The notes: generated by a model not told the origin, from the sequence alone. DNA of 64,000 nt from Candidatus Buchananbacteria bacterium RIFCSPHIGHO2_01_FULL_44_11 (GCA_001817345.1 MHIE01000019.1:10380-74379), one strand, 5' to 3'; positions 1 to 9,867 are shown, numbered from the stretch's first letter. Numbers and translations: made by a program.

Positions 1-858
1 CAGCTGATTGCTACCGTCCAAGGAGAAAAAATTAAAACCAGAAACATCATCGCTTGTCTGCCGGAAACAAAGACATTCATTAAAGTCACAGACATTGTTT
101 CTGGCGACGCCGAACAGCTGCCCGAGTTGATTAAAGAAGAGGTAAAAAACCATATGCCGCTTGACCCGGAAGAAATCTATTTTGACTGGCAAATTATCGG
201 TAGTACCCCCAAGACGACAAAATTACTGATCGGTGCTGCGCCTAAAGAAATCGTTGACTCTTATTTCGCCACCCTGGAAAAAAGCGGCTTAACTCCCCTG
301 GCCCTTGAAGTAGAAGCTGCCTCCATCACCCGAAGCCTGCTGAAAGAAAATGACCAATCGGCGAAAATTATTATTGATTTTGGCGCCGTCAGAACCGGCT
401 TGATTGTCTATGACCAAGGTACGATTCAATTCACCGTCAGTTTGCCGATCTCAGGCAATAAAATAACCCAAACGATCGCTAAGACCTTGAACCTTGACTT
501 GACTAAAGCCGAGAAAGCCAAAGTTGTCTGCGGCCTAGATCCGGAAAAATGCGAAGGAGCATTGCTCAAAATTCTTTTAAGCGCTATTGAAGAGCTAATC
601 GGCCAGATAAAAAGCACGGCTATGTTTTATAAAACTAACTTTGCCGGCAGTAACGCCATAACCGAAATTGTTCTTTGCGGCGGCGGCGCTAATTTTGCCG
701 GTATTGACCGGGTTTTATCGGAAAAATTAGGTCTGCCGGTTAAGATCAGTAACCCCTTGAACAACATAAAAACCACAAACAAAATAGCCATCCCTAAGGA
801 AAAAATCCTTTCCTACACCACGGCGATTGGCCTAGCCCTCAGAGCTTTTGAAAAATAG
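1..858 (+). CDS. pilM: Type IV pilus assembly protein PilM (5'-truncated by window edge; frame open to nt 1)
   Basis: Translation of frame 1 from nt 1 (QLIATVQGEKIKTRNIIACLPETKTFIKV...LCGGGANFAGIDRVLSEKLGLPV) looks like the actin-like ATPase fold of PilM. It is followed by pilN/pilO-like genes. Confidence 0.75.
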   Translation, partial: QLIATVQGEKIKTRNIIACLPETKTFIKVTDIVSGDAEQLPELIKEEVKNHMPLDPEEIYFDWQIIGSTPKTTKLLIGAAPKEIVDSYFATLEKSGLTPLALEVEAASITRSLLKENDQSAKIIIDFGAVRTGLIVYDQGTIQFTVSLPISGNKITQTIAKTLNLDLTKAEKAKVVCGLDPEKCEGALLKILLSAIEELIGQIKSTAMFYKTNFAGSNAITEIVLCGGGANFAGIDRVLSEKLGLPVKISNPLNNIKTTNKIAIPKEKILSYTTAIGLALRAFEK

Positions 859-863
859 CAGCT

Positions 864-1421
864 ATGATTACCATCAACCTAATTCCAACAAATAAGAAAG
901 AGGAAATTCGCTTAAGCGAAGTTTATATTGTCATTAAGAATTTAATCATCTCGCTTTTGCTATTCATCATCACCGTGGCGATAATTTTATTAGTGTCAAA
1001 AATGATTCTCCAAAATACCTTCAACCGGATCGTGGCCGATACTACCCTAACGACAAGGTATGGCAATATTTTCAGCAATGATATAAAAATTTTCAATCAA
1101 CGGCTGCGAGCGGTGGAAAAAATCCAAAAAAAATACATCCCTTGGACGGATTTCATTTTTAACTTTGTCAACCTGGTGCCCGACGAGGTCAGTATTGGCA
1201 CCGTTAGTTTGGAAACTGAGGCTAAAAATGAAGAAGATAATAACACCGTAACAATCAGTGGTACGGCCAAAACCAGGGAAAAACTGCTCCAACTAAAAAC
1301 TAACTTAGAAAATTCCGCCCTCTTTTCGAATATTGATATCCCGCTGGAAAATCTCCTGAAAAAAGAAGGGGTTAATTTCAACATCAAAGCTAAATTCAAC
1401 CTAAAAGGCTTAGGCCAATAG
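864..1421 (+). CDS. pilN: PilN-like fimbrial assembly protein (single N-terminal TM)
   Basis: 185 aa with N-terminal TM helix and coiled-coil region. It sits 6 nt after pilM in the usual PilN position. Confidence 0.55.
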   Translation: MITINLIPTNKKEEIRLSEVYIVIKNLIISLLLFIITVAIILLVSKMILQNTFNRIVADTTLTTRYGNIFSNDIKIFNQRLRAVEKIQKKYIPWTDFIFNFVNLVPDEVSIGTVSLETEAKNEEDNNTVTISGTAKTREKLLQLKTNLENSALFSNIDIPLENLLKKEGVNFNIKAKFNLKGLGQ

Positions 1422-1432
1422 GCTATAAAAAA

Positions 1433-1996
1433 ATGAGTGCAAAAAGAAAAATCCTAATATTTATTGCCGCCATTACTGTTGTCACCGGCGTAATTGTTTA
1501 TTTGGTAATCGTACCAACCGTGATTGAAATAAGAAAAATCAGCCAGGCGATTTATAATGAACGCCTTGATTTGGAAAAAAAGTACCTCCGCGGCCAGCTG
1601 CTGAAAAAAACCATTGAAGATTTTGAACAGATCAAACCAAAAAAAGACCAGCTGACCAGCGCCTTCTTGATTTTAGGCCGGGAGTTGGAATTTATCACCA
1701 GTCTTGAAGACATTGCCTCTCAGAATCAGTTGATTCAGAACATCCAACTCAACATTAACGAAAAGAAAAAAAGAGAGGAATTTGACGAAGTACCTGTCAC
1801 TCTAACGTTGCAAGGTAATTTCCTCCAAACGATGAATTACTTAGCGAGCTTGGAAAAATTAAACTACTACATCAATCTGACGTCTTTAAAAATTTCAGCC
1901 GCCGACCAAGATCAAGATTCATCGACTAGCTTAGTCACAACCATTCTCAGCGGTAAAGTCAACGCCATTGGGCCAGATAAAGAAGAAAAAGATTAA
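1433..1996 (+). CDS. pilO: PilO-like pilus assembly protein
   Basis: 187 aa with N-terminal TM and coiled coil, in operon position after pilN. Confidence 0.45.
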   Translation: MSAKRKILIFIAAITVVTGVIVYLVIVPTVIEIRKISQAIYNERLDLEKKYLRGQLLKKTIEDFEQIKPKKDQLTSAFLILGRELEFITSLEDIASQNQLIQNIQLNINEKKKREEFDEVPVTLTLQGNFLQTMNYLASLEKLNYYINLTSLKISAADQDQDSSTSLVTTILSGKVNAIGPDKEEKD

Positions 1997-2001
1997 TAGC
2001 T

Positions 2002-2346
2002 ATGAAATTAAAACTGCAAATATCTAAATTCAAAATATTCGGTCTGATCATCAAACTGGTCAAGTACCTTTACCTGATAGTGATTTTAATCGCCCTGGGC
2101 GCTTTGGCAATCCTTGGGCTGTTTCTTTATAAAAATCTATACGTCACTATCACCCAATCAGAGGAGATTATCCTCCTCAAACAAGAGGTGGCTCCCGATA
2201 CCATTGATCGAACGAAAGTTAATACCGTCTTAAGTGCTTTAGAAAAAAAATCAACCAGTGCTGACAATATAGACTGGTCGCAAGTTAAAAATCCGTTTAA
2301 TTTTTCAGTTCAAACGCCGGCACCAAGCCAAATCGGCATTGATTAA
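2002..2346 (+). CDS. Small membrane protein, pil-operon associated (PilP-like position)
   Basis: 114 aa with one hydrophobic segment, tightly spaced after pilO. Confidence 0.35.
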   Translation: MKLKLQISKFKIFGLIIKLVKYLYLIVILIALGALAILGLFLYKNLYVTITQSEEIILLKQEVAPDTIDRTKVNTVLSALEKKSTSADNIDWSQVKNPFNFSVQTPAPSQIGID

Positions 2347-2378
2347 AGATAACTCAACCTTTTGGTTCTGACTTGATC

Positions 2379-2407
2379 AACCCAGAAAATGCTGGGTTAT
2401 TTTTTTA
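2379..2407. terminator. Bidirectional rho-independent terminator between convergent pil operon and cysteine desulfurase gene
   Basis: Hairpin aacccagaaaatgctgggtt followed by T9; A/T runs on both sides. Confidence 0.5.
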
Positions 2408-3601
2408 ATATTTATTTAATTTTTTAATTACACCCACTAGGGCGGTCAAAAAATAACGTACTTCTTCTTGAGTATTAAATTTGCCTAAAGTAATTCGCAA
2501 ATTTCCGGTCGGAGCCAACTGATTTTGGCCTAAGGCTGCCAAAACATGGGAAGACTGTAAAGATCCGGCCGCACAAGCCGACCCGGCTGAAGCGTCAATC
2601 CCGGCCTGATCTAAAAGTAAAAGCAGATTTTCTGAGTCAACACCGGCAAAGCTAAAATGAGCGTTAGCCACTACCCGTTTTTTTAGGTCCCCGTTAATTT
2701 TCGCCCGAGGGATACAATATCTAACTCCAGCTATTAATTCATCGCGTAATTTTTTAATTCTTTTGGCTTCAGCTGTAACCTTTTTTTTATTCAGCAAAAG
2801 CTCGATTGCCCGACCTAAACCGACGATACCAGGGACATTCAAGCTGCCCGGCCGCAAAGAAAACTCATGGCTACCACCAAACTGAATCGGCATGATTGGC
2901 GTATTGTTCCTGCAGTATAAAACACCAATACCTTTGGGGCCATAAATTTTATGAGCCGAAAGCGACAACAAATCAACACCCAAAGCGACAACTGAGATTG
3001 GACAATAAAGTGCCGCTTGCACCGCATCAGTATGAAAATAAATCAAGGGCAAATTTTCTTTTTTTCTTTGGCTGTTAACGGCTTTCACTAGCCGGCCAAT
3101 TTCTGCGATCGGTTGAATCGTGCCAATTTCGTTATTGACGTACATGATTGAAATTAGACGGGTATTCTTTTTTATTGCCTGCTTTAGACCGGCTATATTA
3201 ATCAAACCATTTCGGTCAACGTCAAGAGAAGTAATAGCGACTCCCCTTTTAGCCACAGCTCCACATGACTCCAGAATAGCCGGATGTTCAATCTTAGAAG
3301 TAATAATGTGCTCACCGGGTCTCGCTAAACCCTGAATCACGATATTGTCGCTTTCTGTGCCGCCGGCAGTAAAAATAATCTCGTGAGGCTGGCAGCGCAA
3401 AAACCTGGCCACCATGGCCCGGGCCTGATCCACTGCTTGCAGCGCCTGCCGGCCGGACCAATGGACAGAAGAAGCATTGCCAAAAATTTCAGAAAAATAA
3501 GGCGCCATAGTGGCTTGAACCGATGGGTCAACCGGAGTGGCGGCGGCGTGATCAAAATAAATTCGTCGCCGCTTATTTTTTAAATTTTTGGCACTAACCA
3601 T
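2405..3601 (-). CDS. Cysteine desulfurase (class V aminotransferase, NifS/IscS-like)
   Basis: Motifs HAAATPVDP, SAHKIYGPKGIGVLY (PLP-lysine) and C-terminal SACAAGS active-site Cys loop. Confidence 0.85.
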   Translation of the reverse strand: MVSAKNLKNKRRRIYFDHAAATPVDPSVQATMAPYFSEIFGNASSVHWSGRQALQAVDQARAMVARFLRCQPHEIIFTAGGTESDNIVIQGLARPGEHIITSKIEHPAILESCGAVAKRGVAITSLDVDRNGLINIAGLKQAIKKNTRLISIMYVNNEIGTIQPIAEIGRLVKAVNSQRKKENLPLIYFHTDAVQAALYCPISVVALGVDLLSLSAHKIYGPKGIGVLYCRNNTPIMPIQFGGSHEFSLRPGSLNVPGIVGLGRAIELLLNKKKVTAEAKRIKKLRDELIAGVRYCIPRAKINGDLKKRVVANAHFSFAGVDSENLLLLLDQAGIDASAGSACAAGSLQSSHVLAALGQNQLAPTGNLRITLGKFNTQEEVRYFLTALVGVIKKLNKY

Positions 3602-3613
3602 AACTTAAAATAA

Positions 3614-4444
3614 TTAAAGCCAAACGGCGATTATGACCGACTGAGTGGAATCAATTTCCTGATCCGTCATGCCGTCAGAGTCAAGGGTATGATCCCAATC
3701 AGCCACCGCCCCTAAAAGAGTTTGAAATTTATATTTGAAGCCTTCGCCCCTTTTGGTGCCCGGGTCATTAGTGATAAACTCGTCTTGATCATAACCAGTG
3801 ATTACCAGCATGTGATAAATCGGACCGGGGGTCTGAAAATAAGGATTGCCTAGTTGGCGGCCGGCGGCCGGCACAATTATCAGTTTACCCTGAGCCAATT
3901 CTTTTTTGATTCTCTCAGCCGTGACGTCATAAATTAATTCTGACTTCAAACCAAAATATTGACTTAAAATTTCACTGGTTTCTGCCGCCGTTAAATCAAC
4001 CTCGTAATCATTATCATTTTCCCACTCGACTAAATCAAGAATGGCTTGTTCCGCAATATGACTATCGAGTAGTTGTTGTTTAAAATATTTAGCGACCATA
4101 ATCATGGAGGCCTCTTCGCAGGCTTCTCCGTGCAGCTCATCCCAGACTCCATACGGCGCCTGGGAGGTGAATGACACCGGTTGATTGAAAGTTTCGGACA
4201 CGGTCAAATCAGGCGGCGCTAAAACCTCTTTTGCTTCTTCATCTGGTAGTTCTGGCGATTTTGGCTTTGGTTCGGCCACTATTGCCGGCTGATCAGACTT
4301 AGTTGGTTCGGCCTGATTAGAAGGAACGGCCGAATTATTAACCAATTCCGGCTGGTTTAGAGCCAAATTTTGGCGACAACCGGCCAAAAGTATTAGTCCG
4401 GCTATAATTAGAAGTATTTTGGCTAGCATAACGCATCTTGACAA
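3614..4444 (-). CDS. Lipoprotein with C39-like (papain-fold) peptidase domain
   Basis: Signal peptide plus lipobox LLAGC, Pro/Glu-rich linker, C-terminal domain with candidate Cys (GEACEEAS) and His (YHMLVITGYD). Confidence 0.45.
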   Translation of the reverse strand: MSRCVMLAKILLIIAGLILLAGCRQNLALNQPELVNNSAVPSNQAEPTKSDQPAIVAEPKPKSPELPDEEAKEVLAPPDLTVSETFNQPVSFTSQAPYGVWDELHGEACEEASMIMVAKYFKQQLLDSHIAEQAILDLVEWENDNDYEVDLTAAETSEILSQYFGLKSELIYDVTAERIKKELAQGKLIIVPAAGRQLGNPYFQTPGPIYHMLVITGYDQDEFITNDPGTKRGEGFKYKFQTLLGAVADWDHTLDSDGMTDQEIDSTQSVIIAVWL

Positions 4445-4466
4445 TATTTAATAAATGAATTATACT
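4438..4466 (+). promoter_or_regulatory. Sigma70-like promoter for rpmA
   Basis: TTGACA, 17 nt spacer, TATACT, about 35 nt upstream of the rpmA ATG. Confidence 0.5.
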
Positions 4467-4503
4467 ATTTTTATATTTATTTTAAAAGTTAAAATTCCAT
4501 TTT

Positions 4504-4785
4504 ATGTCTCATAAAAAAGCAGGTGGTTCTACTAGTTTAGGCCGCGATTCACAAGCTCAAAGGCTGGGTATCAAATTATTTGACGGAGAAGTGGCTCAAC
4601 CGGGCAATATTTTGGTCCGCCAAAGAGGCAGCCGAGTCCGGCCGGGCCGCAATGTCAAAAAAGGTGGCGGCGACACTTTATTCGCTTTGACCAGCGGCAT
4701 GGTTAAGTTTACCAAAAAGAAAATCAAAAAATTCCATGGCCGGCTGGAATGGGCGCGGTTTGTCAGTATTATCCCAAAAAAATAA
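4504..4785 (+). CDS. rpmA: 50S ribosomal protein L27
   Basis: [29 protein letters not shown]...[10 protein letters not shown] is the canonical L27 sequence. Confidence 0.9.
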   Translation: MSHKKAGGSTSLGRDSQAQRLGIKLFDGEVAQPGNILVRQRGSRVRPGRNVKKGGGDTLFALTSGMVKFTKKKIKKFHGRLEWARFVSIIPKK

Positions 4786-4804
4786 TCCAAATCAATGTAA
4801 CGTA

Positions 4805-4832
4805 AAGACGCCCTATTAGGGCGTCTTTTTTA
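4805..4832. terminator. Rho-independent terminator shared by convergent rpmA and pyrG
   Basis: Hairpin aagacgccctattagggcgtctt plus T6. Confidence 0.6.
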
Positions 4833-4850
4833 TGAATATGTTTATTCGGA

Positions 4851-6476
4851 TTATTTTTTTAATCTTTTGGCCGCGGCAATAAATTCCTTAAATAACGGAT
4901 GAGGCGACAGCGGCCGGGATTTTAATTCAGGATGAAACTGGGTACCGACAAAAAACGGATGATTAGGCAGTTCGACAATCTCCACTAAATTGCCGTCGGG
5001 CGAAAGGCCGGCCAAAAGCAAACCTTTGGCCGTTAAGCGCTTCCTAAAGTCATTATTGAATTCATAGCGATGGCGATGGCGTTCAGAAATTTTTTTCTGG
5101 CCGTAGGCGGCAAAAGACTTGGAACCTTTGGTTAAAAAGCAAGGGTAGCCACCCAGCCGCATTGTATTACCATACTGTTTTTTTGCCAGTTTCTCACTTT
5201 GGTCAGCCATAATGTGAATCACTGGGAATTTAGTTTTGGGATTAATTTCGGTGGTGTTAGCACCAGCCATCTTGGCCACATTTCTGGCAAACTCAACTGT
5301 GGCTAATTGCATACCGTAGCAAAGGCCTAAAAATGGAATTTTATTTTCCCGAGCGTATTTAATGGCTAAAATTTTACCCTCAACTCCTCGCTTGCCAAAG
5401 CCACCCGGTACAATTATGCCGTCATATTTTTTTAATTCCTTGACCGCCGACGGCTGTTTCTCGTACAAGTCGGAATTCAGCCAGTCAATTTCCGCCTTGA
5501 CGTTATTAACCGCGGCGGCGTGTTTAATCGCTTCAATGACCGAAATATAAGCGTCAGGCAAAATGAAATCGCCGGAGGCAAAATACTTGCCAATCATGCC
5601 GATTTTTACCGTGCCACTACCATTCTTCAATTTTTTTACCATTCTCTGCCAAGCGGCCAGGTCTTTCTTTTTTGGTTTTAAATTTAATTCTTTGATAATT
5701 TTTTCCGCGAACCGCTCACGATCCAGAACTAAAGGCACTTCATAGATTGACTCAACGTCAGGATTGGAAATCACATGGTCTTTGGGAATACTGCAAAAAG
5801 TTGAGATTTTCTTGCGCCGCGGTTCATCCACCGGCTCTTCTGAACGACAAATGATAAAATCCGGTTGAATACCAGCGGCATTGAGCTGCCGGACGACGTA
5901 TTGAGTTGGCTTAGTTTTCATCTCCCCTAAGTTACCCGGGATTGGCAGATAAGTCACCAATAGGAATAGACAATCGTTGGGGTCTTTATAGTGCATTAAC
6001 CGGGCCGCTTCCAGAAATAAGATGTTTTGATATTCACCGACCGTCCCGCCGATTTCAACAATGGTGATTTCTGAACCGGTTTTTTTGGTGGCCAACCGGA
6101 TCCGTCTGATGACTTCTTCCGGAATATGGGGTACCACTTCCACGCACTTGCCGCCATAGTCTAAATTTCTTTCCCGCTCTATCACCGACTGATAAACCCG
6201 GCCGGTGGTCATATAATTGACGCGGTGAATGTCCGTATTTAAAAATCTTTCGTAATTACCGATATCCTGATCGGTTTCATCCCCGTCTTCGGTCACAAAC
6301 ACTTCGCCGTGCTCGGTCGGATTCATCGTTCCGGCGTCAACGTTGACGTATGGATCAATTTTAATCGCTGTCACTTTAAAACCGCGGGCCTGAAGCAAAG
6401 TGGCGATTGAGGCGACTGTAACGCCTTTACCCACACCGGAGATCACTCCACCCATGACGAAAATAAATTTTGGCAT
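4851..6476 (-). CDS. pyrG: CTP synthase
   Basis: MPKFIFVMGGVISGVGKGVTVASIATLL N-terminus and C-terminal glutamine amidotransferase domain (GLCYGMQ, HPE). Confidence 0.95.
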   Translation of the reverse strand: MPKFIFVMGGVISGVGKGVTVASIATLLQARGFKVTAIKIDPYVNVDAGTMNPTEHGEVFVTEDGDETDQDIGNYERFLNTDIHRVNYMTTGRVYQSVIERERNLDYGGKCVEVVPHIPEEVIRRIRLATKKTGSEITIVEIGGTVGEYQNILFLEAARLMHYKDPNDCLFLLVTYLPIPGNLGEMKTKPTQYVVRQLNAAGIQPDFIICRSEEPVDEPRRKKISTFCSIPKDHVISNPDVESIYEVPLVLDRERFAEKIIKELNLKPKKKDLAAWQRMVKKLKNGSGTVKIGMIGKYFASGDFILPDAYISVIEAIKHAAAVNNVKAEIDWLNSDLYEKQPSAVKELKKYDGIIVPGGFGKRGVEGKILAIKYARENKIPFLGLCYGMQLATVEFARNVAKMAGANTTEINPKTKFPVIHIMADQSEKLAKKQYGNTMRLGGYPCFLTKGSKSFAAYGQKKISERHRHRYEFNNDFRKRLTAKGLLLAGLSPDGNLVEIVELPNHPFFVGTQFHPELKSRPLSPHPLFKEFIAAAKRLKK

Positions 6477-6502
6477 ATTTTTCTGTTAAATTTTTCTTAA
6501 GT

Positions 6503-6536
6503 AAAAAGCGACAGGCCCACCGAGCTCGGTGGGCCT
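6503..6536 (-). terminator. Putative terminator downstream of rplI
   Basis: Palindrome aggcccaccgagctcggtgggcct followed (on - strand) by a T-run. Confidence 0.4.
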
Positions 6537-6579
6537 TAATTGATAAATATTGAAAAATTGAATAAAAGACAATTCACAA

Positions 6580-7020
6580 TCATTCGGCATTAATGATTAA
6601 GGTGATGCGGGAATCCAGACCATGATCAAGATTAATCACGACTTCATGCTCACCGATTTCTTTAATGTGTTGGGCTTGGATTTGCTCTTTTTGGACTGAA
6701 AAACCCTTGTCCTTCAAAGCGCCGGCGATTTTTAAGGCCGAAACCGAGGCGAATAAAGTACCGGATTCGCTGGCTTTAGCCGTAACTTCAACCACTTGAC
6801 CTTCCAACTGCTGGGCTAATTTCTCCGTTTTGGCTAAATCAGCCTCGGCCATATTAGATTCTTTCTCTTTTTCCAACTCAGCTTCTTTAATCGTTTCCGG
6901 CGTGGCTTCTTTAACTAAGCCCTTGGGCATTAAAAAATTACGAGCATAGCCGGTGGCCACCTCTTTAACATCATTTTTTTCTCCCAAATTGGGCACATTT
7001 TTCAGTAAAATTACTTTCAT
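6580..7020 (-). CDS. rplI: 50S ribosomal protein L9
   Basis: MKVILLKNVPNLGEKNDVKEVATGYARNFLMPKG is the canonical L9 N-domain. Confidence 0.85.
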   Translation of the reverse strand: MKVILLKNVPNLGEKNDVKEVATGYARNFLMPKGLVKEATPETIKEAELEKEKESNMAEADLAKTEKLAQQLEGQVVEVTAKASESGTLFASVSALKIAGALKDKGFSVQKEQIQAQHIKEIGEHEVVINLDHGLDSRITLIINAE

Positions 7021-7045
7021 AAATGGCTAAAATTCTTGTTCTCAA

Positions 7046-7318
7046 CTACTTTATCATAAAATCAGAAAATTCGCCAGTCGCCTCAGACCAGTTTTTTTCA
7101 ATCTTTTGGACCTGAGCTAGTCCTACCCCATTATAGCACCATAAAACAAAATCTTCCAAATCGCTTTGAGATCCCTCAGCGACCAATTCGACCGTGCCAT
7201 CCTCGGCATTAGCTACGTAGCCGCTAAAGCCGCTCTTGACCGCCTCCTTTTGCGCCAAGTAGCGATAACCAACTCCCTGAACCAAACCATAGATTTTAAG
7301 AGTCAGCCTTTTTTTCAT
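7046..7318 (-). CDS. acyP: Acylphosphatase
   Basis: 90 aa; VQGVGYR and GYVANAEDGTVE motifs. Confidence 0.8.
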   Translation of the reverse strand: MKKRLTLKIYGLVQGVGYRYLAQKEAVKSGFSGYVANAEDGTVELVAEGSQSDLEDFVLWCYNGVGLAQVQKIEKNWSEATGEFSDFMIK

Positions 7319-7325
7319 TATGAAT

Positions 7326-8270
7326 TTATAAAGTAGTAATTGGTCGCGATTGGGTAATATAAAATTTACCCTTAGCCCAAGCCCATTCTATATCTTCCGG
7401 CTTTTTATAATGCTTTTCAATTTGCAGACAGATATTAGCCAGCTCAATAATCTGCCGGCCGGTCAACTTCTGTGACTGCTGCTTATTTTTCGGCACGGCC
7501 TGCCAACTGTTGCCTGACTGTCCCTTGCGGGCTAGCATTTTTTTCTGCTCGGCGATATTAATGTCTAAAATGCTTAAATCTTTTTTACTGACGACGTAAC
7601 TGTCCGGCGTGATTTGCCCCGAGACAATCGCTTCGCCTAGGCCAAAGCCGGCCTCAATGATTAACTGGTTTTTATCTTTAGTCACCGGATGAACAGTAAA
7701 ACAAATGCCCGAAATTTCAGACGCAACCATTTGCTGGATCACCACGGCCACCGAAACTTTCGAATTACGCATCCCTTTTTCAAAACGATAAAAAATTGCC
7801 CGGGACGTAAAAAGGGATGACCAACAAGACTTGACTTTACCCAATAAATTCTTTTCCGTCGTGTTCAAATAAGTTTCCAGCTCTCCGGCCCAACTAGCTT
7901 GCGAGGAATCCTCAGCCGTGGCTGACGACCGGACCGCGACAAACTGAGTCTTTAATTTTTTAAATTCAATCAAAATATCCTGCTGCAAATCTTTGGGCAT
8001 TTTGGCGTCATGAATCAGGTCCCGGATCATATTCGAGGCGCCATCAACCGAGTTCAAATCCTTGTAATTGACCTTTTTTAGCTCGGCGGATAATTCCACG
8101 TTTAGATCCGTCTCGGCTAAAAACCGATCAAAGGCAGCCGCTAAAACCACAAAACCAGGCGGCACTGGAATGCCGGCTTGGGTCATCTCGCCCAGCGAGG
8201 CGCCCTTGCCACCGGCAATGCCCACGTCTTTTTTAGAAATTTTGCCAAAAGGCAGAATAAATTTTGACAT
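7326..8270 (-). CDS. Stand-alone PEP-utilizing enzyme N-terminal (PPDK_N / PEP synthase ATP-binding) domain protein
   Basis: MSKFILPFGKISKKDVGIAGGKGASLGEM...VAVRSSATAEDS matches the N-terminal nucleotide-binding domain of pyruvate,water / pyruvate,phosphate dikinases. No phosphohistidine or PEP-binding domains follow. Start taken at the internal ATG (8270) rather than the ORF-track upstream start. Confidence 0.7.
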   Translation of the reverse strand: MSKFILPFGKISKKDVGIAGGKGASLGEMTQAGIPVPPGFVVLAAAFDRFLAETDLNVELSAELKKVNYKDLNSVDGASNMIRDLIHDAKMPKDLQQDILIEFKKLKTQFVAVRSSATAEDSSQASWAGELETYLNTTEKNLLGKVKSCWSSLFTSRAIFYRFEKGMRNSKVSVAVVIQQMVASEISGICFTVHPVTKDKNQLIIEAGFGLGEAIVSGQITPDSYVVSKKDLSILDINIAEQKKMLARKGQSGNSWQAVPKNKQQSQKLTGRQIIELANICLQIEKHYKKPEDIEWAWAKGKFYITQSRPITTL

Positions 8271-8384
8271 AATTTTAGAATAAAAATGTTTGCTTAAATC
8301 AATTACAGTATAGTAAATTTTTAAATAAAAATACAGCCATAACATTATTTTTTCTCTAAAATAAGATAAAATTTGGCTTCAACT

Positions 8385-8413
8385 ATTGACTTTTTTGATA
8401 AATTATGATATTA
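8385..8413 (+). promoter_or_regulatory. Promoter-like element (TTGACT-17-TATTAT) in 250-bp AT-rich intergenic region
   Basis: Good -35/-10 spacing. No + strand gene lies downstream, so it may drive a small RNA or be fortuitous. Confidence 0.25.
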
Positions 8414-8601
8414 TATAATATTAACCATAAAATACCACTTTATCTTTGGTTGGCTCTAATTAGCGGTAAGTCGCTATTGTGGCTTATCGCTAGTTAAAAC
8501 CAATAAAAAACCTCAAAATGACTTGAGGCTAAAACCAAGGATGTTGACCAGACAGTCAAGATATCCTTTTTCATTAAAAGCCGTTAGGCTTGTTTTTTAT
8601 T

Positions 8602-9867
8602 TTATTCAGCGCGCAAAATTTCCAAGGCCCTATCCAGTTGCGGATCTTTGTCTTGGTCGTAATCTTCCCGGGTTCTTTCCACTTTAATATCCGGCTCAAT
8701 ACCCTTCTCGTTAATCTGCCGATCTTTGGGCGTCAGCCATTCAGCAATGGTCAATTTAACCGAAGAACCGTCTTTAAACTCTCGCAGGTCTTGAACCGAA
8801 CCTTTGCCAAAAGTAGTTTCACCCACAATGGTCGCGGCACCATAATCCTGCAAAGCGCCGGCCACAATTTCCGAACCAGACGCGCTGCCTTTATTCACCA
8901 AGACTACGGTGGGAATACCACTAAGACGCGCCTGGCGATTAGCCCGATGTTCCAGACTAGTACCATCTCTTAATCTTTCTTTAACCACCACTTGACCATT
9001 GATCCATTCACCGGAAATCTCAATGGCGGTGTTTAAAAACCCGCCCGGATTGTTGCGTAAATCCAAAATAATGCCTTTGGCGCCGGCGGCTAAAATTTTC
9101 TGAACGGTTTTATTCCAGTCGGCCAAAGTATTCTCGTTAAAATAAAGCAGCTCAATATAGGCAATTTGACCTTCAAGCAACAAGTCCGCTTGGCTTTCTT
9201 CAACTGGGGTACCATCCGGCCGGGCAATTCTAACGCTGTCAATCTCAATTTGATCACGGACGATTTTTATTTCTTTGGGCTCGCTGTCGCCATTAGACAG
9301 AACCGTTAAAATAACAGTCGTGCCTTTTTGGCCGCGAATCAGATTAACGGCGTGGTCTAAAGAAATAGTACTGGTATCCAGACCGTCAATAGCGTAAACT
9401 TTGTCGCCGGCCAAAAGGCCGGACTGTTCCGCCGGCGTGCCGGGCAGAGGCGCAATAATTGTCAGCTGGTTATCTTTCATGCCGATCTCAGCGCCAATGC
9501 CTTCAAAATTACCCGACAGCTCATCAGAAAATTTGGTGGCAATCTCCGGGTCTAAAAATATTGAATAAGGATCGCCTAAAGAAGCGACAATGCCGGCCAA
9601 AGCGCCGTAGAAAAGCTGGGTCTCCGGCACATCGTCTTTGACGTAATTTTCCTTAACGTAATTCCAAACTGTCCAGAACTGCTGGAAATCAACGTCTTGG
9701 CTTAAAAATTCGGGCATTGTTTGAGTGTTCGAGACAGAACCGGCCACCGGATTGAACTTATTCACCAGCCGGTTATTGCCAAAAACCGTACCGGACAAAA
9801 AAGCGAAGAATATTAAAATGGCAATAATATTGCCGACAATAAATAACTTGGTAAATTTGTTAAACAT
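8602..9867 (-). CDS. ctpA: Carboxyl-terminal processing peptidase (S41 family) with PDZ domain
   Basis: N-terminal TM; PDZ region; S41 motifs VLVNKGSASGSEIVAGALQD and TFGKGSVQ. Confidence 0.85.
   Translation of the reverse strand: MFNKFTKLFIVGNIIAILIFFAFLSGTVFGNNRLVNKFNPVAGSVSNTQTMPEFLSQDVDFQQFWTVWNYVKENYVKDDVPETQLFYGALAGIVASLGDPYSIFLDPEIATKFSDELSGNFEGIGAEIGMKDNQLTIIAPLPGTPAEQSGLLAGDKVYAIDGLDTSTISLDHAVNLIRGQKGTTVILTVLSNGDSEPKEIKIVRDQIEIDSVRIARPDGTPVEESQADLLLEGQIAYIELLYFNENTLADWNKTVQKILAAGAKGIILDLRNNPGGFLNTAIEISGEWINGQVVVKERLRDGTSLEHRANRQARLSGIPTVVLVNKGSASGSEIVAGALQDYGAATIVGETTFGKGSVQDLREFKDGSSVKLTIAEWLTPKDRQINEKGIEPDIKVERTREDYDQDKDPQLDRALEILRAE

Noticed and set aside
1047-1399. 81- and 100-aa - strand ORFs inside pilN
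   Set aside because: They are antisense to a well-supported operonic gene, with low-complexity translations.
8414-8601. Possible tRNA or small RNA downstream of the TTGACT-17-TATTAT promoter
   Set aside because: No tRNA hallmarks (no GTTC-like T-arm, no acceptor/3' complementarity) and no recognisable 4.5S/6S/tmRNA motifs. Only a short hairpin (cctcaaaatgacttgagg). It cannot be supported as an RNA gene from sequence alone.
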